Part shown: positions 48,145 to 56,981 of the stretch, piece after piece | Layout: each line of letters begins with the position of its first letter | Position numbering within the stretch: position 1 is the first letter of the stretch | DNA from: a virus | Taxonomy: Duplodnaviria > Caudoviricetes | Length of the DNA stretch: 64,000 nt | IMG/VR virus record: IMGVR_UViG_2902767014_000002 | Location: 1,964-65,963 of that record | Direction: 5' to 3' (one strand) | Notes under the pieces: model-generated | The model's database searches: none | What the model was told of the DNA's origin: nothing | Seen by the model: only the letters and a program-made list of their open reading frames with translations | Translations under genes and position numbers: made by a program

Positions 48145-48449
48145 TGTCTTCGACCTTCGAAATTCCGCTGACGCCGGTTCCTCGGACATTCCTCGTATCG
48201 CTGGTGGGAGCTCAGTATCAGTTCACGCTTCAATGGCGCGACCCTACCGGCTGGTTTCTGGACATTGCTGATTCGACCGGAAATCCAATGGTAAGCGGCA
48301 TTCCGTTGGTGACGGGCGTGGATCTTCTCGCACAATACAAGTACATGTCCTTCGGCTTTGAACTCTGGGTGCAGACGGACGCCGCCGATGCACCGCCGAC
48401 CTATACGAATCTCGGGTCAACCTCGCACCTGTACGCAGTCACGCCGTAG
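48144..48449 (+). CDS. Baseplate protein
   Basis: IPL.P...F, GW.LDI, GIPLV.G.DLL.QY motifs. Confidence 0.75.
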   Translation: MSSTFEIPLTPVPRTFLVSLVGAQYQFTLQWRDPTGWFLDIADSTGNPMVSGIPLVTGVDLLAQYKYMSFGFELWVQTDAADAPPTYTNLGSTSHLYAVTP

Positions 48450-48453
48450 TGGC

Positions 48454-48828
48454 TCAGTAGTCTCGCAGCCCTGGACGAGTGCGGGCGATCCGCATGCATG
48501 CCGCCCAGGCGTGGAAATCGTTGGAATAGTTGAATCCGCTCTCGGCCTTGCAGACGTCCCACATCTGTGCGCTGATGGTGTCGTCCTTTCCCAGGGCAAC
48601 GATCTCTTTGACGCCGTCCATTACGCCGTCCATGCAGGCCTTCTGCAGTGCCGGCTGGCCCTCGCCTGCCGCAAGATCGGCACAGCGCTGTTTCCATGCC
48701 TTCATGATCGCGAGATATTCCGCATCCGGCATGTCCTTCTTGGCATAGACGACCGTTGGTTCAGCGTATGCAACTGCCGTGATCGATGCGGCGGCAAAGA
48801 TAGCGCAAAGGCGTACGGTTGTTTTCAT
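48454..48828 (-). CDS. Exported protein with four Cys (antisense moron)
   Basis: AAGGAG RBS; signal peptide MKTTVRLCAIFAAASITAVAYA. Confidence 0.7.
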   Translation of the reverse strand: MKTTVRLCAIFAAASITAVAYAEPTVVYAKKDMPDAEYLAIMKAWKQRCADLAAGEGQPALQKACMDGVMDGVKEIVALGKDDTISAQMWDVCKAESGFNYSNDFHAWAACMRIARTRPGLRDY

Positions 48829-48859
48829 TTTTTTCTCCTTATGAGCGGGTTGGCAAAAC

Positions 48860-49822
48860 ATGACTGCGCAGTTTCTGCGGAAGGTTAGCCTGATAGTAGG
48901 CAACGCGAGCGGTCAAGGGTTGGATCTGTCCGAACTTCATATCAGATTCACGATCTGGAGCGCAACAACGCAGAGCCCGAAGCATACGACGATCCGTGTC
49001 TATAACGTGGCCGACGCCACCGCCAAGCGGCTGCAGCAGGAGTTCCAGCAGGTTTTCCTTCAAGCCGGATATGGCGATAACGTCGGCCAGATATTTTCGG
49101 GTGCCATCAAGCAGATCCGCAAGGGACGCGAAAATGCCACCGACACCTTTATCGACATCATCGCAGCGGACGGCGACGAAGCTTACAACTGGTCGGTGGT
49201 GAACACGACACTGGCCGCCGGATGGAGCCAGACGGACTACCACGGTGCGCTGATCCAGTCGATGTCGCCATACGGGGTAACGGCAGGCTATGTGCCTCAG
49301 TTCGCCTCGACGCAACTTCCTCGCGGCAAGGTCTGCTACGGCATGACCAGGGATTACATGCGGCAGCTTGCCGGCGCATCTGGAACGCAATGGACAGTTC
49401 AGGATGGCCGGCTCCATATGATTCCCGTCAATGGCGTTATGCCTGGCCAGTCCATCGTCATCACGTCGGCAACAGGGATGGTTGGAATTCCTACGCAGAC
49501 GGTCGACGGGATTCTCGTCAAGTGCCTGCTGAACCCGAACATCATCCCCGGTGGCCGGATCCAGATCGACAACGCGAGCGTTCAACAGATTCAATTCGAC
49601 GTGTCATACGGTGCCGTCAGCAACTTTTACGATCCGACCAGCGCAAACAAGAATACGGGCCTTGATGCCGATGGGTTTTATAAGGTCTACGCGATGACCC
49701 AGACGGGCGACACGCGCGGACCAGCCTTCTATACCGACATGATCTGCGCTGCCGTCAATGGCACGCAGCCTCTCACGTCAACTTACACGAACGCTGTTGT
49801 GAACGGCCAGCAAGGAGGCTGA
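48860..49822 (+). CDS. Baseplate hub protein
   Basis: QFLRK..L, I.VYN, L.AGY motifs. Confidence 0.8.
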   Translation: MTAQFLRKVSLIVGNASGQGLDLSELHIRFTIWSATTQSPKHTTIRVYNVADATAKRLQQEFQQVFLQAGYGDNVGQIFSGAIKQIRKGRENATDTFIDIIAADGDEAYNWSVVNTTLAAGWSQTDYHGALIQSMSPYGVTAGYVPQFASTQLPRGKVCYGMTRDYMRQLAGASGTQWTVQDGRLHMIPVNGVMPGQSIVITSATGMVGIPTQTVDGILVKCLLNPNIIPGGRIQIDNASVQQIQFDVSYGAVSNFYDPTSANKNTGLDADGFYKVYAMTQTGDTRGPAFYTDMICAAVNGTQPLTSTYTNAVVNGQQGG

Positions 49823-49823
49823 A

Positions 49824-50564
49824 ATCGATCCGCGCGAAAGATGGGACGACCCCGAAGAAGCGCTGCGCGTCGCGATGGACGGACTCAAGTCTGGTCTCTG
49901 GACGTCCATGCCAGGAATCGTTCAGTCCTTCAACGCAGGCGCAGCGACAGCGACGGTTCAGATTGCGATTAAAGGAGTGGTGACCAAGCCGGACGGTAGT
50001 GCTCAGTTCGTCAATATGCCGCTTCTAGTCGATGTCCCTGTGCATTTTCCCAGAGGTGGCGGCTGCACATTGACTTTCCCGGTTGCGAAGAATGACGAAT
50101 GTCTTGTCGTATTCGCTGCTCGGTGTATCGATAGCTGGTGGCAATCGGGCGGTATTCAGGCTCCGGCAGAGCATCGCGTGCATGACCTGAGCGATGGCTT
50201 CGCCTTCGTTGGTTTCTTTTCTCAGGCCACGAAGATCAGCGGCATTAGCACGAACAGTGTGCAGCTTCGCAGCAATGACGCTTCGACCTCCATCGATCTG
50301 AATCCAACGACGCAAAAGGTCACGGTCACCGCTCCTGGCGGGCTCTATGTGAATGGCCCGGCCTACTTCAGTAGCACCGTGATCATTCAAGGCCTGCTTT
50401 CCTGGCTTAACGGCATGACTGGCAGCGCGGCAAGCGGTGTCGCGGCAACGATCACGGGCGTCATCAACTTCATCGGCTCTGTCACATCGAACGGGAAGGC
50501 GATCGACAGCACCCATACGCACCACGAAAACGGTGCGGGCAGCAACACTAACCCGCCGAACTGA
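49824..50564 (+). CDS. Baseplate spike (Gp138-like); apparent ATC start
   Basis: PGIV.SF, P.L.DVPV.FP.GGG..LTFP, R.HDLSD, C-terminal HTH metal site; AAGGAGG RBS 5 nt before ATC 49824. Confidence 0.8.
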   Translation: MDPRERWDDPEEALRVAMDGLKSGLWTSMPGIVQSFNAGAATATVQIAIKGVVTKPDGSAQFVNMPLLVDVPVHFPRGGGCTLTFPVAKNDECLVVFAARCIDSWWQSGGIQAPAEHRVHDLSDGFAFVGFFSQATKISGISTNSVQLRSNDASTSIDLNPTTQKVTVTAPGGLYVNGPAYFSSTVIIQGLLSWLNGMTGSAASGVAATITGVINFIGSVTSNGKAIDSTHTHHENGAGSNTNPPN

Positions 50565-50566
50565 TC

Positions 50567-50920
50567 ATGCGCTATCGAAAGCAAGATGCCAACGGCGACT
50601 ACGTCTGGGGCCATCAGCAGAACGATTTCTGGCTGAATGCTCCGGATGGCGTCGCGCTGGCGATAAAGACGCGTCTCGCGCTGTTTTCGGGAGAGTGGTT
50701 CCTCGATGTGACGGATGGCACGCCGTGGACTACGCAAGTCCTCGATAAGTACACGAAGGACCAGTACGACGCGGCGATCCAGGATCGAATTCTCGGCACG
50801 CAAGGCGTCACGCAAATCACCGCCTACTCCAGTTCAGTCAACACGACGACCCGGACCCTCACCGTCACCGTGACGGTTGAAACGCAGTACGGCACAACCA
50901 CGCTCTCGACGACGATATGA
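50567..50920 (+). CDS. Baseplate wedge protein (gp25-like)
   Basis: MRYRK.D..GDY, GEWFLD..GTPW motifs. Confidence 0.8.
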   Translation: MRYRKQDANGDYVWGHQQNDFWLNAPDGVALAIKTRLALFSGEWFLDVTDGTPWTTQVLDKYTKDQYDAAIQDRILGTQGVTQITAYSSSVNTTTRTLTVTVTVETQYGTTTLSTTI

Positions 50921-52107
50921 CGATTACCTCTGTTGCTCCCGTCATCAGCGCGACAGGGATCAGCGCGCCGGCTTTCTCGGATGTGCTCGCGTATGTGACT
51001 GCCCAGTATCAGAGCATTTATGGTACGGACATATACTTGGGCAATGACTCGCAAGACTATCAGTTTCTGTCCGCGGGCATCGCCATGCCGATCAACGACC
51101 TGAACGCCGCAATCATCGCCGCATACAACGCCTATTCGCCTGCCTCAGCACAAGGCGCGAATCTCTCTAGCGTTGTCAAGATCAATGGCCTGAAGCGAGA
51201 TGTTCCAGACAATTCCACGGTCGACCAGATCATCGTTGGCCAGGCGGGTACGACCATCATCAACGGCGTTACGCAGGATGAGAACCAGAACAAGTGGAGT
51301 CTTCCCGCCATCGTCGCAATCCCGCCGAGCGGAACAATCACGGTAACTGCTACTTGCCAGACTCCGGGTGCCGTTCAAGCCGGCATCGGAGCGGTCAACC
51401 AGATCGCGACTCCCACTTTTGGCTGGCAGTCGGTGACGAACGCAACGGCGGCGAATGCCGGGGCTCCCGTGGAAACCGATTCTCAGTTGAGAGTGCGCCA
51501 AGGGAATTCGACTGCCCTGCCCTCGCGCACAGTATTGGAAGGTACGATCGGTGCAGTCTGGGCAGTCTCCGGTGTGACCCGCGTCACGCCATACGAGAAC
51601 GACCTAAGCACGACGGATGCGAACGGCGTTCCGGGCAACAAGATCTATCTCGTTGTAGAGGGCGGTGACTCGACGGCCATTGCCCAGGCGATCGCCTTGA
51701 AGAAAACGCCCGGCACCGGAACGTACGGCACGACGACGGTTTCGGTGACTGATGCTTACGGCATTGCGCACAACATCAACTTCTACCGTCCGACCTACGA
51801 CGCGATCACCTGTGCGATCACCCTGAAGGCGCTAGCTGGATACACGTCGACCATCGGAGCATCGATTCAGAATGCGGTAGCCGCGTACGTTAATTCGGTC
51901 GCGATCGGCGGCGCTCCTGGTGGAACGGTAGAGTGGGACTCGGCGCTCTCGGCAGCGAAATCGGTCTCGGGTAGCAACACATTCCGCATCACCTCGTTCT
52001 CGCTGAGCGGCCCGGGAGGAGCAGGCACCCCAGATGTAACACTGGCTTTCAATCATGCCGGGCAGATACTCGCGCCCTCATCTAGCGTAACGATTACGGT
52101 GACCTGA
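50917..52107 (+). CDS. Baseplate J-like protein
   Basis: IYG.DI.L..DSQD, ETD..LR.R motifs. Confidence 0.88.
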   Translation: MTITSVAPVISATGISAPAFSDVLAYVTAQYQSIYGTDIYLGNDSQDYQFLSAGIAMPINDLNAAIIAAYNAYSPASAQGANLSSVVKINGLKRDVPDNSTVDQIIVGQAGTTIINGVTQDENQNKWSLPAIVAIPPSGTITVTATCQTPGAVQAGIGAVNQIATPTFGWQSVTNATAANAGAPVETDSQLRVRQGNSTALPSRTVLEGTIGAVWAVSGVTRVTPYENDLSTTDANGVPGNKIYLVVEGGDSTAIAQAIALKKTPGTGTYGTTTVSVTDAYGIAHNINFYRPTYDAITCAITLKALAGYTSTIGASIQNAVAAYVNSVAIGGAPGGTVEWDSALSAAKSVSGSNTFRITSFSLSGPGGAGTPDVTLAFNHAGQILAPSSSVTITVT

Positions 52108-52817
52108 TGGCCGCAGCGACCGATTACACGGCACTCATCACCAGCGAGCATCAGGCCGCGCCGAATTTTATGGCGATGGTCGCGGCAGTATCGCAATGCT
52201 TCGTCGACCAGATCAACGTGATGCAGTCAATTCCGGCTGCTTTCGATCTGGACACGGCAGTCGGCGTTCAGCTTGATGCGGTTGGCCTGTGGGCCGGAAT
52301 CACGCGGCAGGTACGGGCACCGCTGAACGTCTATTTCTCACTCGATACTGCGAATCTCGGCTTCGATCAAGGTTCGTGGCAGGGGCCGTTTGATCCTCCC
52401 GGCGGACTTGTTTCGCTTGATGACGCGACGTTCCGAACGCTGATCCGAGCCAAGATCGCAGCGAACAGTTGGGACGGCACGATCCCCGGCGCGGCTGCGG
52501 CCTATGCGAATCTGTTCACAACTCCGGGCGCCTTTGTTCTGGACAGTAGTGTGTTGGATTCAGGGGTTCTGACACCTGTCAGTTTTATCTTTATTCAGGA
52601 TAACCAGGACATGACGATGACGGTCGGTATCTCCGGGGCCATCCCGAGCGCCGTCCTGCGATCCCTTTTATCGGGGGGATATCTGCCACTGCGGCCGGAA
52701 GGCGTCTTGGCTAATTACGTCGTCCCATCTGTCGACAACACGTCGCTCTTTGGATTCGACGTCTCCAATCAGTACATAGCCGGTTTTGACTTCGGCTCCT
52801 GGGCCGTCCCCGCATAA
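52107..52817 (+). CDS. DUF2612 baseplate protein
   Basis: FDLDTAVG.QLD..G, IQDNQDMTM motifs. Confidence 0.85.
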   Translation: MAAATDYTALITSEHQAAPNFMAMVAAVSQCFVDQINVMQSIPAAFDLDTAVGVQLDAVGLWAGITRQVRAPLNVYFSLDTANLGFDQGSWQGPFDPPGGLVSLDDATFRTLIRAKIAANSWDGTIPGAAAAYANLFTTPGAFVLDSSVLDSGVLTPVSFIFIQDNQDMTMTVGISGAIPSAVLRSLLSGGYLPLRPEGVLANYVVPSVDNTSLFGFDVSNQYIAGFDFGSWAVPA

Positions 52818-52838
52818 CCCACCCATCTCTATCCATGC

Positions 52839-52861
52839 AAGCCGCCTTCGGGCGGCTTTTT
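52839..52861 (+). terminator. Intrinsic terminator
   Basis: AAGCCGCC-TTCG-GGCGGCTT followed by a T run. Confidence 0.8.
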
Positions 52862-52877
52862 GTTTTCCGGGCACTAA

Positions 52878-53891
52878 ATGACCATCGAGAATGATTTTCT
52901 GCCATTCGCGACCGCTGGTGGTGCGAATGTCGTAACGCAAGCCCAGTATGCAGCACTCTCGGCCATTTCGACCGGCTATCAGTCGGGGGTTGCCCAGTCT
53001 GCGCAACTGAACAAGACGTGGCGCCAAAGCTCAATCATGTCGGCTGTGCTGGCGCAATTCATCGTCAACAGCACAGGCCAGCCGGCGATCGATGACGGCA
53101 CGACAGCGACGCTGTTGGCGAACCTGACTGCTGCAATCAGTGCGCAATCGGAAGCGCTGATTGGCTCGGTGCGAAACCTCTCGATGAGCGTTACGGCTGC
53201 ATCTGCTTCGGCAACGCTGACTGCAGACGAGATCGTCGTCGGTTCCGCGCTGGGCGGCCTGAAATACACACTTGCCAGCTTCAACAAGACCATCACGCTC
53301 ACGACGCCCGGCGCGGGCGGCATGGATACCGGCAGCGCACCGGCATCCGGCTACGTCGCACTGTACGCGATTTACAATCCGTCAACGGCGACTGCTGCCC
53401 TGCTGGCAACCAACGCAACGAGCGCCATCGCGCCGAACGTGTACGGTGGAGCGAACATGCCGGCCGGCTATACGGCAAGCGCGCTGTTGAGCGTCGTGCC
53501 GACGACCTCTGGAGGGTTGTTTTCGGTTGTATTGGTACAAGATCGCAAGACAAACATCCTGCAATACACTGCACTTAACAGCAGCACGACGAGCACTATT
53601 GCTGCTACATCACTCTCGATTGCAGGCGGTGTGCCGAAAAATGCGAAGCGTGTCGGCGGCAGTCTTTCACTGAGCAATACGACATCTTCAAATTCAACAT
53701 GGGCATTCTATGCCACATCTAGCGGAACTGGCGTTCAACAATTTTCCGTGAACACTACTGGTTCAGGCGGCAATCTATTTGGATATTCCACGCTAGACTT
53801 GAGTTCGCAACAAACACTTACCTACGCGTTGCTGTCGATCACTGCGGGCACTTGCGCGTTCATCGTTTATATTTCTTCTTACGAGATCTGA
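52878..53891 (+). CDS. Tail fibre protein
   Basis: NDF.PFA...GANV..Q..Y N-terminal baseplate-attachment motif. Confidence 0.85.
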   Translation: MTIENDFLPFATAGGANVVTQAQYAALSAISTGYQSGVAQSAQLNKTWRQSSIMSAVLAQFIVNSTGQPAIDDGTTATLLANLTAAISAQSEALIGSVRNLSMSVTAASASATLTADEIVVGSALGGLKYTLASFNKTITLTTPGAGGMDTGSAPASGYVALYAIYNPSTATAALLATNATSAIAPNVYGGANMPAGYTASALLSVVPTTSGGLFSVVLVQDRKTNILQYTALNSSTTSTIAATSLSIAGGVPKNAKRVGGSLSLSNTTSSNSTWAFYATSSGTGVQQFSVNTTGSGGNLFGYSTLDLSSQQTLTYALLSITAGTCAFIVYISSYEI

Positions 53892-53892
53892 T

Positions 53893-54087
53893 ATGACATC
53901 GCTGAATGTTCAATTCGCAGATGGCACTGAGAAAGTAATTGTTTCGTATTTTGGCGCCCCTCAAGATCCGTCTGCGTGGCCCAATCTTGGCACTGTCAAT
54001 GCGACAGATGCGCGATGGGAAGCGTACTATGCCGAGCAACCCACCAATGCGCAGGCGTTTCTTCCAGTTCCGGAAACCGCTGATTAG
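53893..54087 (+). CDS. Tail fibre chaperone-like small protein
   Basis: VQF.D.....I.SYF..PQD motif; follows the fibre gene. Confidence 0.65.
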   Translation: MTSLNVQFADGTEKVIVSYFGAPQDPSAWPNLGTVNATDARWEAYYAEQPTNAQAFLPVPETAD

Positions 54088-54812
54088 CGACGAATGAAGA
54101 ATACGTCCTGATGGTTGTCCCAGCCGCCCGGCCGGTGTTCGATGATGGTGAGTTCGTTTTCACGGCAAACGTCTTTGACCCAGTCGGTGGGGATCATGGC
54201 GATGCCATAACTGTTGCCGATATAGTCCACAGTCTTTGCCTCAAGCGAGTGATCGGCGCGGTAGTTGACGAAGCCATACTCGTTCGCATCGTATGCTGCG
54301 AGAAGATGCTGACGAGCTGCATCGCCGACCTGGTAGATGTCCGAACCGCCAAGATGTTCGCGTGACTTCTCTCCGTGCGTGGTTACCACGGCTACACCGC
54401 CGCGCCGCAACTTGGTGAAGAAATGATTCATGACACTGCGGGCATTTACTTGCGACAGGTGAGTGATGAGAGAGCCGAGCAGCGCAACATCGAAATTGCT
54501 TGATTCAATATTCCTGAACTCATAAACCGGATCGACAACATAGTGGCCGTGCACGCCAAAAGTTGAGGTGCAGAAGTCGACGGCAGGCACCATGATGTCG
54601 GCGACATGTATGCGTCCCGGATCGAAATGATCCAGCAGTTTCCGTGTAACGCGGCCATATCCGCAAGGCAACTCCAGAATCCTCGGCTCGGCATCCCCCG
54701 CAAGCTCCGCGGCTCGGCGTCCGAATTCGGCCATCTGTGATCCGACTGAATCATAGTGTTCGATCGATCCATGGAACATGTCGTCGTTAGGGTGGATGGG
54801 TGCTGACGGCAT
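54084..54812 (-). CDS. Class I SAM-dependent methyltransferase (antisense moron)
   Basis: ILELPCGYGRV motif I; FDVALLGSLITHL; L..GG.AVVT. Confidence 0.85.
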   Translation of the reverse strand: MPSAPIHPNDDMFHGSIEHYDSVGSQMAEFGRRAAELAGDAEPRILELPCGYGRVTRKLLDHFDPGRIHVADIMVPAVDFCTSTFGVHGHYVVDPVYEFRNIESSNFDVALLGSLITHLSQVNARSVMNHFFTKLRRGGVAVVTTHGEKSREHLGGSDIYQVGDAARQHLLAAYDANEYGFVNYRADHSLEAKTVDYIGNSYGIAMIPTDWVKDVCRENELTIIEHRPGGWDNHQDVFFIRR

Positions 54813-54898
54813 TGAATTCTCGCTGTTCTGGTCAAGAAAGATCACGATTGTACCCAAGCTATTCTCCCGCGCGCCTTTTTCACATCCGCACCACACCC

Positions 54899-56050
54899 AT
54901 GCTCAAACGCCTACTGCTAGTCGTCCTGTCGCTGATCGTTGTCACGGCGCAGGCCCAGTTCACGCCCGGACAAGTCCTCACTGCGGCACAGCTAAATGCG
55001 GCGCTTGCGGCCCCGACCATTACTGGCGGCTCGATCTCGGGGGTTCCCGGATCGTTCACGAATCTGAGTGCGAGTGGGACTGTTACGCTGCCCGCAGGAA
55101 GCGTGGCCTTATCGGGATTGGCCGCACAGGCTGCGAACACGGTACTTGCCAACGTCACTGCATCCAGCGCGTCGCCGGCAGCGTTTGCCATGCCGAGTTG
55201 CAGTGCGACAAATAGCGCGCTGCAATACACCAGTGGAACAGGGTTCGCGTGCGGCACCAGTTTCGCTGGCCTGGGATCGAATACGTTCACGGCAAATCAG
55301 ACGATCGCTTCGAATACGCCGTCGATTTTCCTGAACGACACGTCGGGCACCAACCAGTCAGCCGTCTATTTCCAGAACAGCGGCTCCCCGGTCTGGTCTC
55401 TCAAGAATGCGTCCGGCGCGACCGGATCCCTGCAGATCAACCGCTACGTGAGTGGCGCAGTCGTTGATCAGCCGATCTCCATCAGCAATGGGACAGGCTT
55501 TGTCACGATGGTTGACGGCGCGGCCATTACGGGCGGCAGCCTCAACAATGCGTCGGTCGGCGCGACGACTCCTTCGACCGGCTCATTCACGACACTTGCT
55601 GCGAGTGGCGCATTCACGCCATCCCAGACTGCCGGCATCGTTGGCACGACGACGAACAACAATGCGAACGCGGGTAGCATCGGCGAGGTCATCAGTTCGT
55701 CGATAGCCACCGGATCGGCCGTCTCCCTCACGTCGGGGTCTGCGACTAACGTCACATCGATTTCCCTGACTGCGGGTGACTGGTATGTGTTCGGAAATGT
55801 CACCTTCAATGTAGCCACAACCATGAACTACGTTGCTGGGGGAGCAGGCACGACCAGCGCAACGCTGCCCACTGGATACACGTTTCTGACGCTCGCGCCG
55901 GGCAGCGCCGTGACGTCCTTCGCCGGGTATCCCATTCCTTCGCAGCGCCTCTCCCTTTCTGCATCGACTACGGTTTATCTCGTGGCGCAGGCATCATTCT
56001 CGGGGACATGCTCGGCCTACGGAAACATCATTGCTTGGCGTCGCAGATAG
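54899..56050 (+). CDS. Tail-fibre-like S/T/G/A-rich protein with an N-terminal signal peptide
   Basis: MLKRLLLVVLSLIVVTAQA followed by QFTPGQVLTAAQLN. Confidence 0.75.
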   Translation: MLKRLLLVVLSLIVVTAQAQFTPGQVLTAAQLNAALAAPTITGGSISGVPGSFTNLSASGTVTLPAGSVALSGLAAQAANTVLANVTASSASPAAFAMPSCSATNSALQYTSGTGFACGTSFAGLGSNTFTANQTIASNTPSIFLNDTSGTNQSAVYFQNSGSPVWSLKNASGATGSLQINRYVSGAVVDQPISISNGTGFVTMVDGAAITGGSLNNASVGATTPSTGSFTTLAASGAFTPSQTAGIVGTTTNNNANAGSIGEVISSSIATGSAVSLTSGSATNVTSISLTAGDWYVFGNVTFNVATTMNYVAGGAGTTSATLPTGYTFLTLAPGSAVTSFAGYPIPSQRLSLSASTTVYLVAQASFSGTCSAYGNIIAWRRR

Positions 56051-56105
56051 GTGCGCAAGCTTGCCGATAGCTGTTGCTGGAATCAATATCTAAAAGTCTC
56101 ACCCA

Positions 56106-56128
56106 GGCCCGCCCCGAGCGGGCTTTTT
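56106..56128 (+). terminator. Intrinsic terminator
   Basis: GCCCGC/GCGGGC stem followed by a T run. Confidence 0.75.
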
Positions 56129-56149
56129 CTTTTTCCGACCGGGGTCGCC

Positions 56150-56452
56150 TTGAACCATCCATATCCGCACGACGACGATCGCAATCACCGCATCGCCAGG
56201 TTGGAGGAGCGCATGAACACATTCGAGCAGCACTGGAGTGCCGAGCTTTCGAAAAATACCGATGCGACATTGCGCGTCGAGTCGAACACGAAAGAGCTTG
56301 TGGAGTTGATGCAGCTAGCCAAAGGCGGCATCGCGTTCTTCGCGGCCACCGGGCGACTTCTGAGGCGTCTCGTCTTGTGGTTCGGTCCGTTCATCACCGT
56401 TGTCGGTGCTCTTTGGGCTATTGCGCACGGTAAATTTCCGGGGCAAACATGA
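56150..56452 (+). CDS. Coiled-coil plus TM protein (holin/antiholin-like), TTG start
   Basis: Overlaps the endolysin start; C-terminal TM segment. Confidence 0.6.
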   Translation: MNHPYPHDDDRNHRIARLEERMNTFEQHWSAELSKNTDATLRVESNTKELVELMQLAKGGIAFFAATGRLLRRLVLWFGPFITVVGALWAIAHGKFPGQT

Positions 56453-56910
56453 ATCTCCAACTTCTTGAGGCAGAGCTGCGCCGTGACGAGGGTGTGCGGT
56501 ACTCGGTTTATCTGGACGGCGTCGGCGTGCCAACTGTTGGCGTGGGGCACAACTGCAAAGTCTCGCCGTTGCCGGATGGCTGGGTCTGTCCGCTCACCAA
56601 CGGCCAGGTGAACCAGTTGCTCGCCCGCGACATCGCATCGACCGTGGCGAAGCTCGACAAGAATTTGCCGTGGTGGCGGCAGATGGACGACGTACGCATG
56701 CGCGTTCTCGCGAACATGTGCTTTAACTTGGGAATCGGCGGTCTGCTCGGCTTCAAGAACACGCTAGCAGCCATGCAGCGCGGCTCGTATGCCGTGGCGG
56801 CTGCGGGAATGACCAGCTCGAAGTGGGCCTCGCAAGTGGGCGCTCGCGCGCAAAGACTGGCGCAAGCAATGGAGACCGGCGTTATGCCGATCGCGGCGGC
56901 CATCGCCTGA
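56449..56910 (+). CDS. Endolysin, T4-lysozyme-like (GH24)
   Basis: DEG....YLD....TVGVGHN catalytic triad; NM.FNLG; SKWA.QV motifs. Confidence 0.9.
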   Translation: MNLQLLEAELRRDEGVRYSVYLDGVGVPTVGVGHNCKVSPLPDGWVCPLTNGQVNQLLARDIASTVAKLDKNLPWWRQMDDVRMRVLANMCFNLGIGGLLGFKNTLAAMQRGSYAVAAAGMTSSKWASQVGARAQRLAQAMETGVMPIAAAIA

Positions 56911-56981
56911 AATCCGCGACACGAATAAACGTCAAATATTCGCCTCATAGATAAGCCGCTCCTGCGACTCTTTTTACGCCC

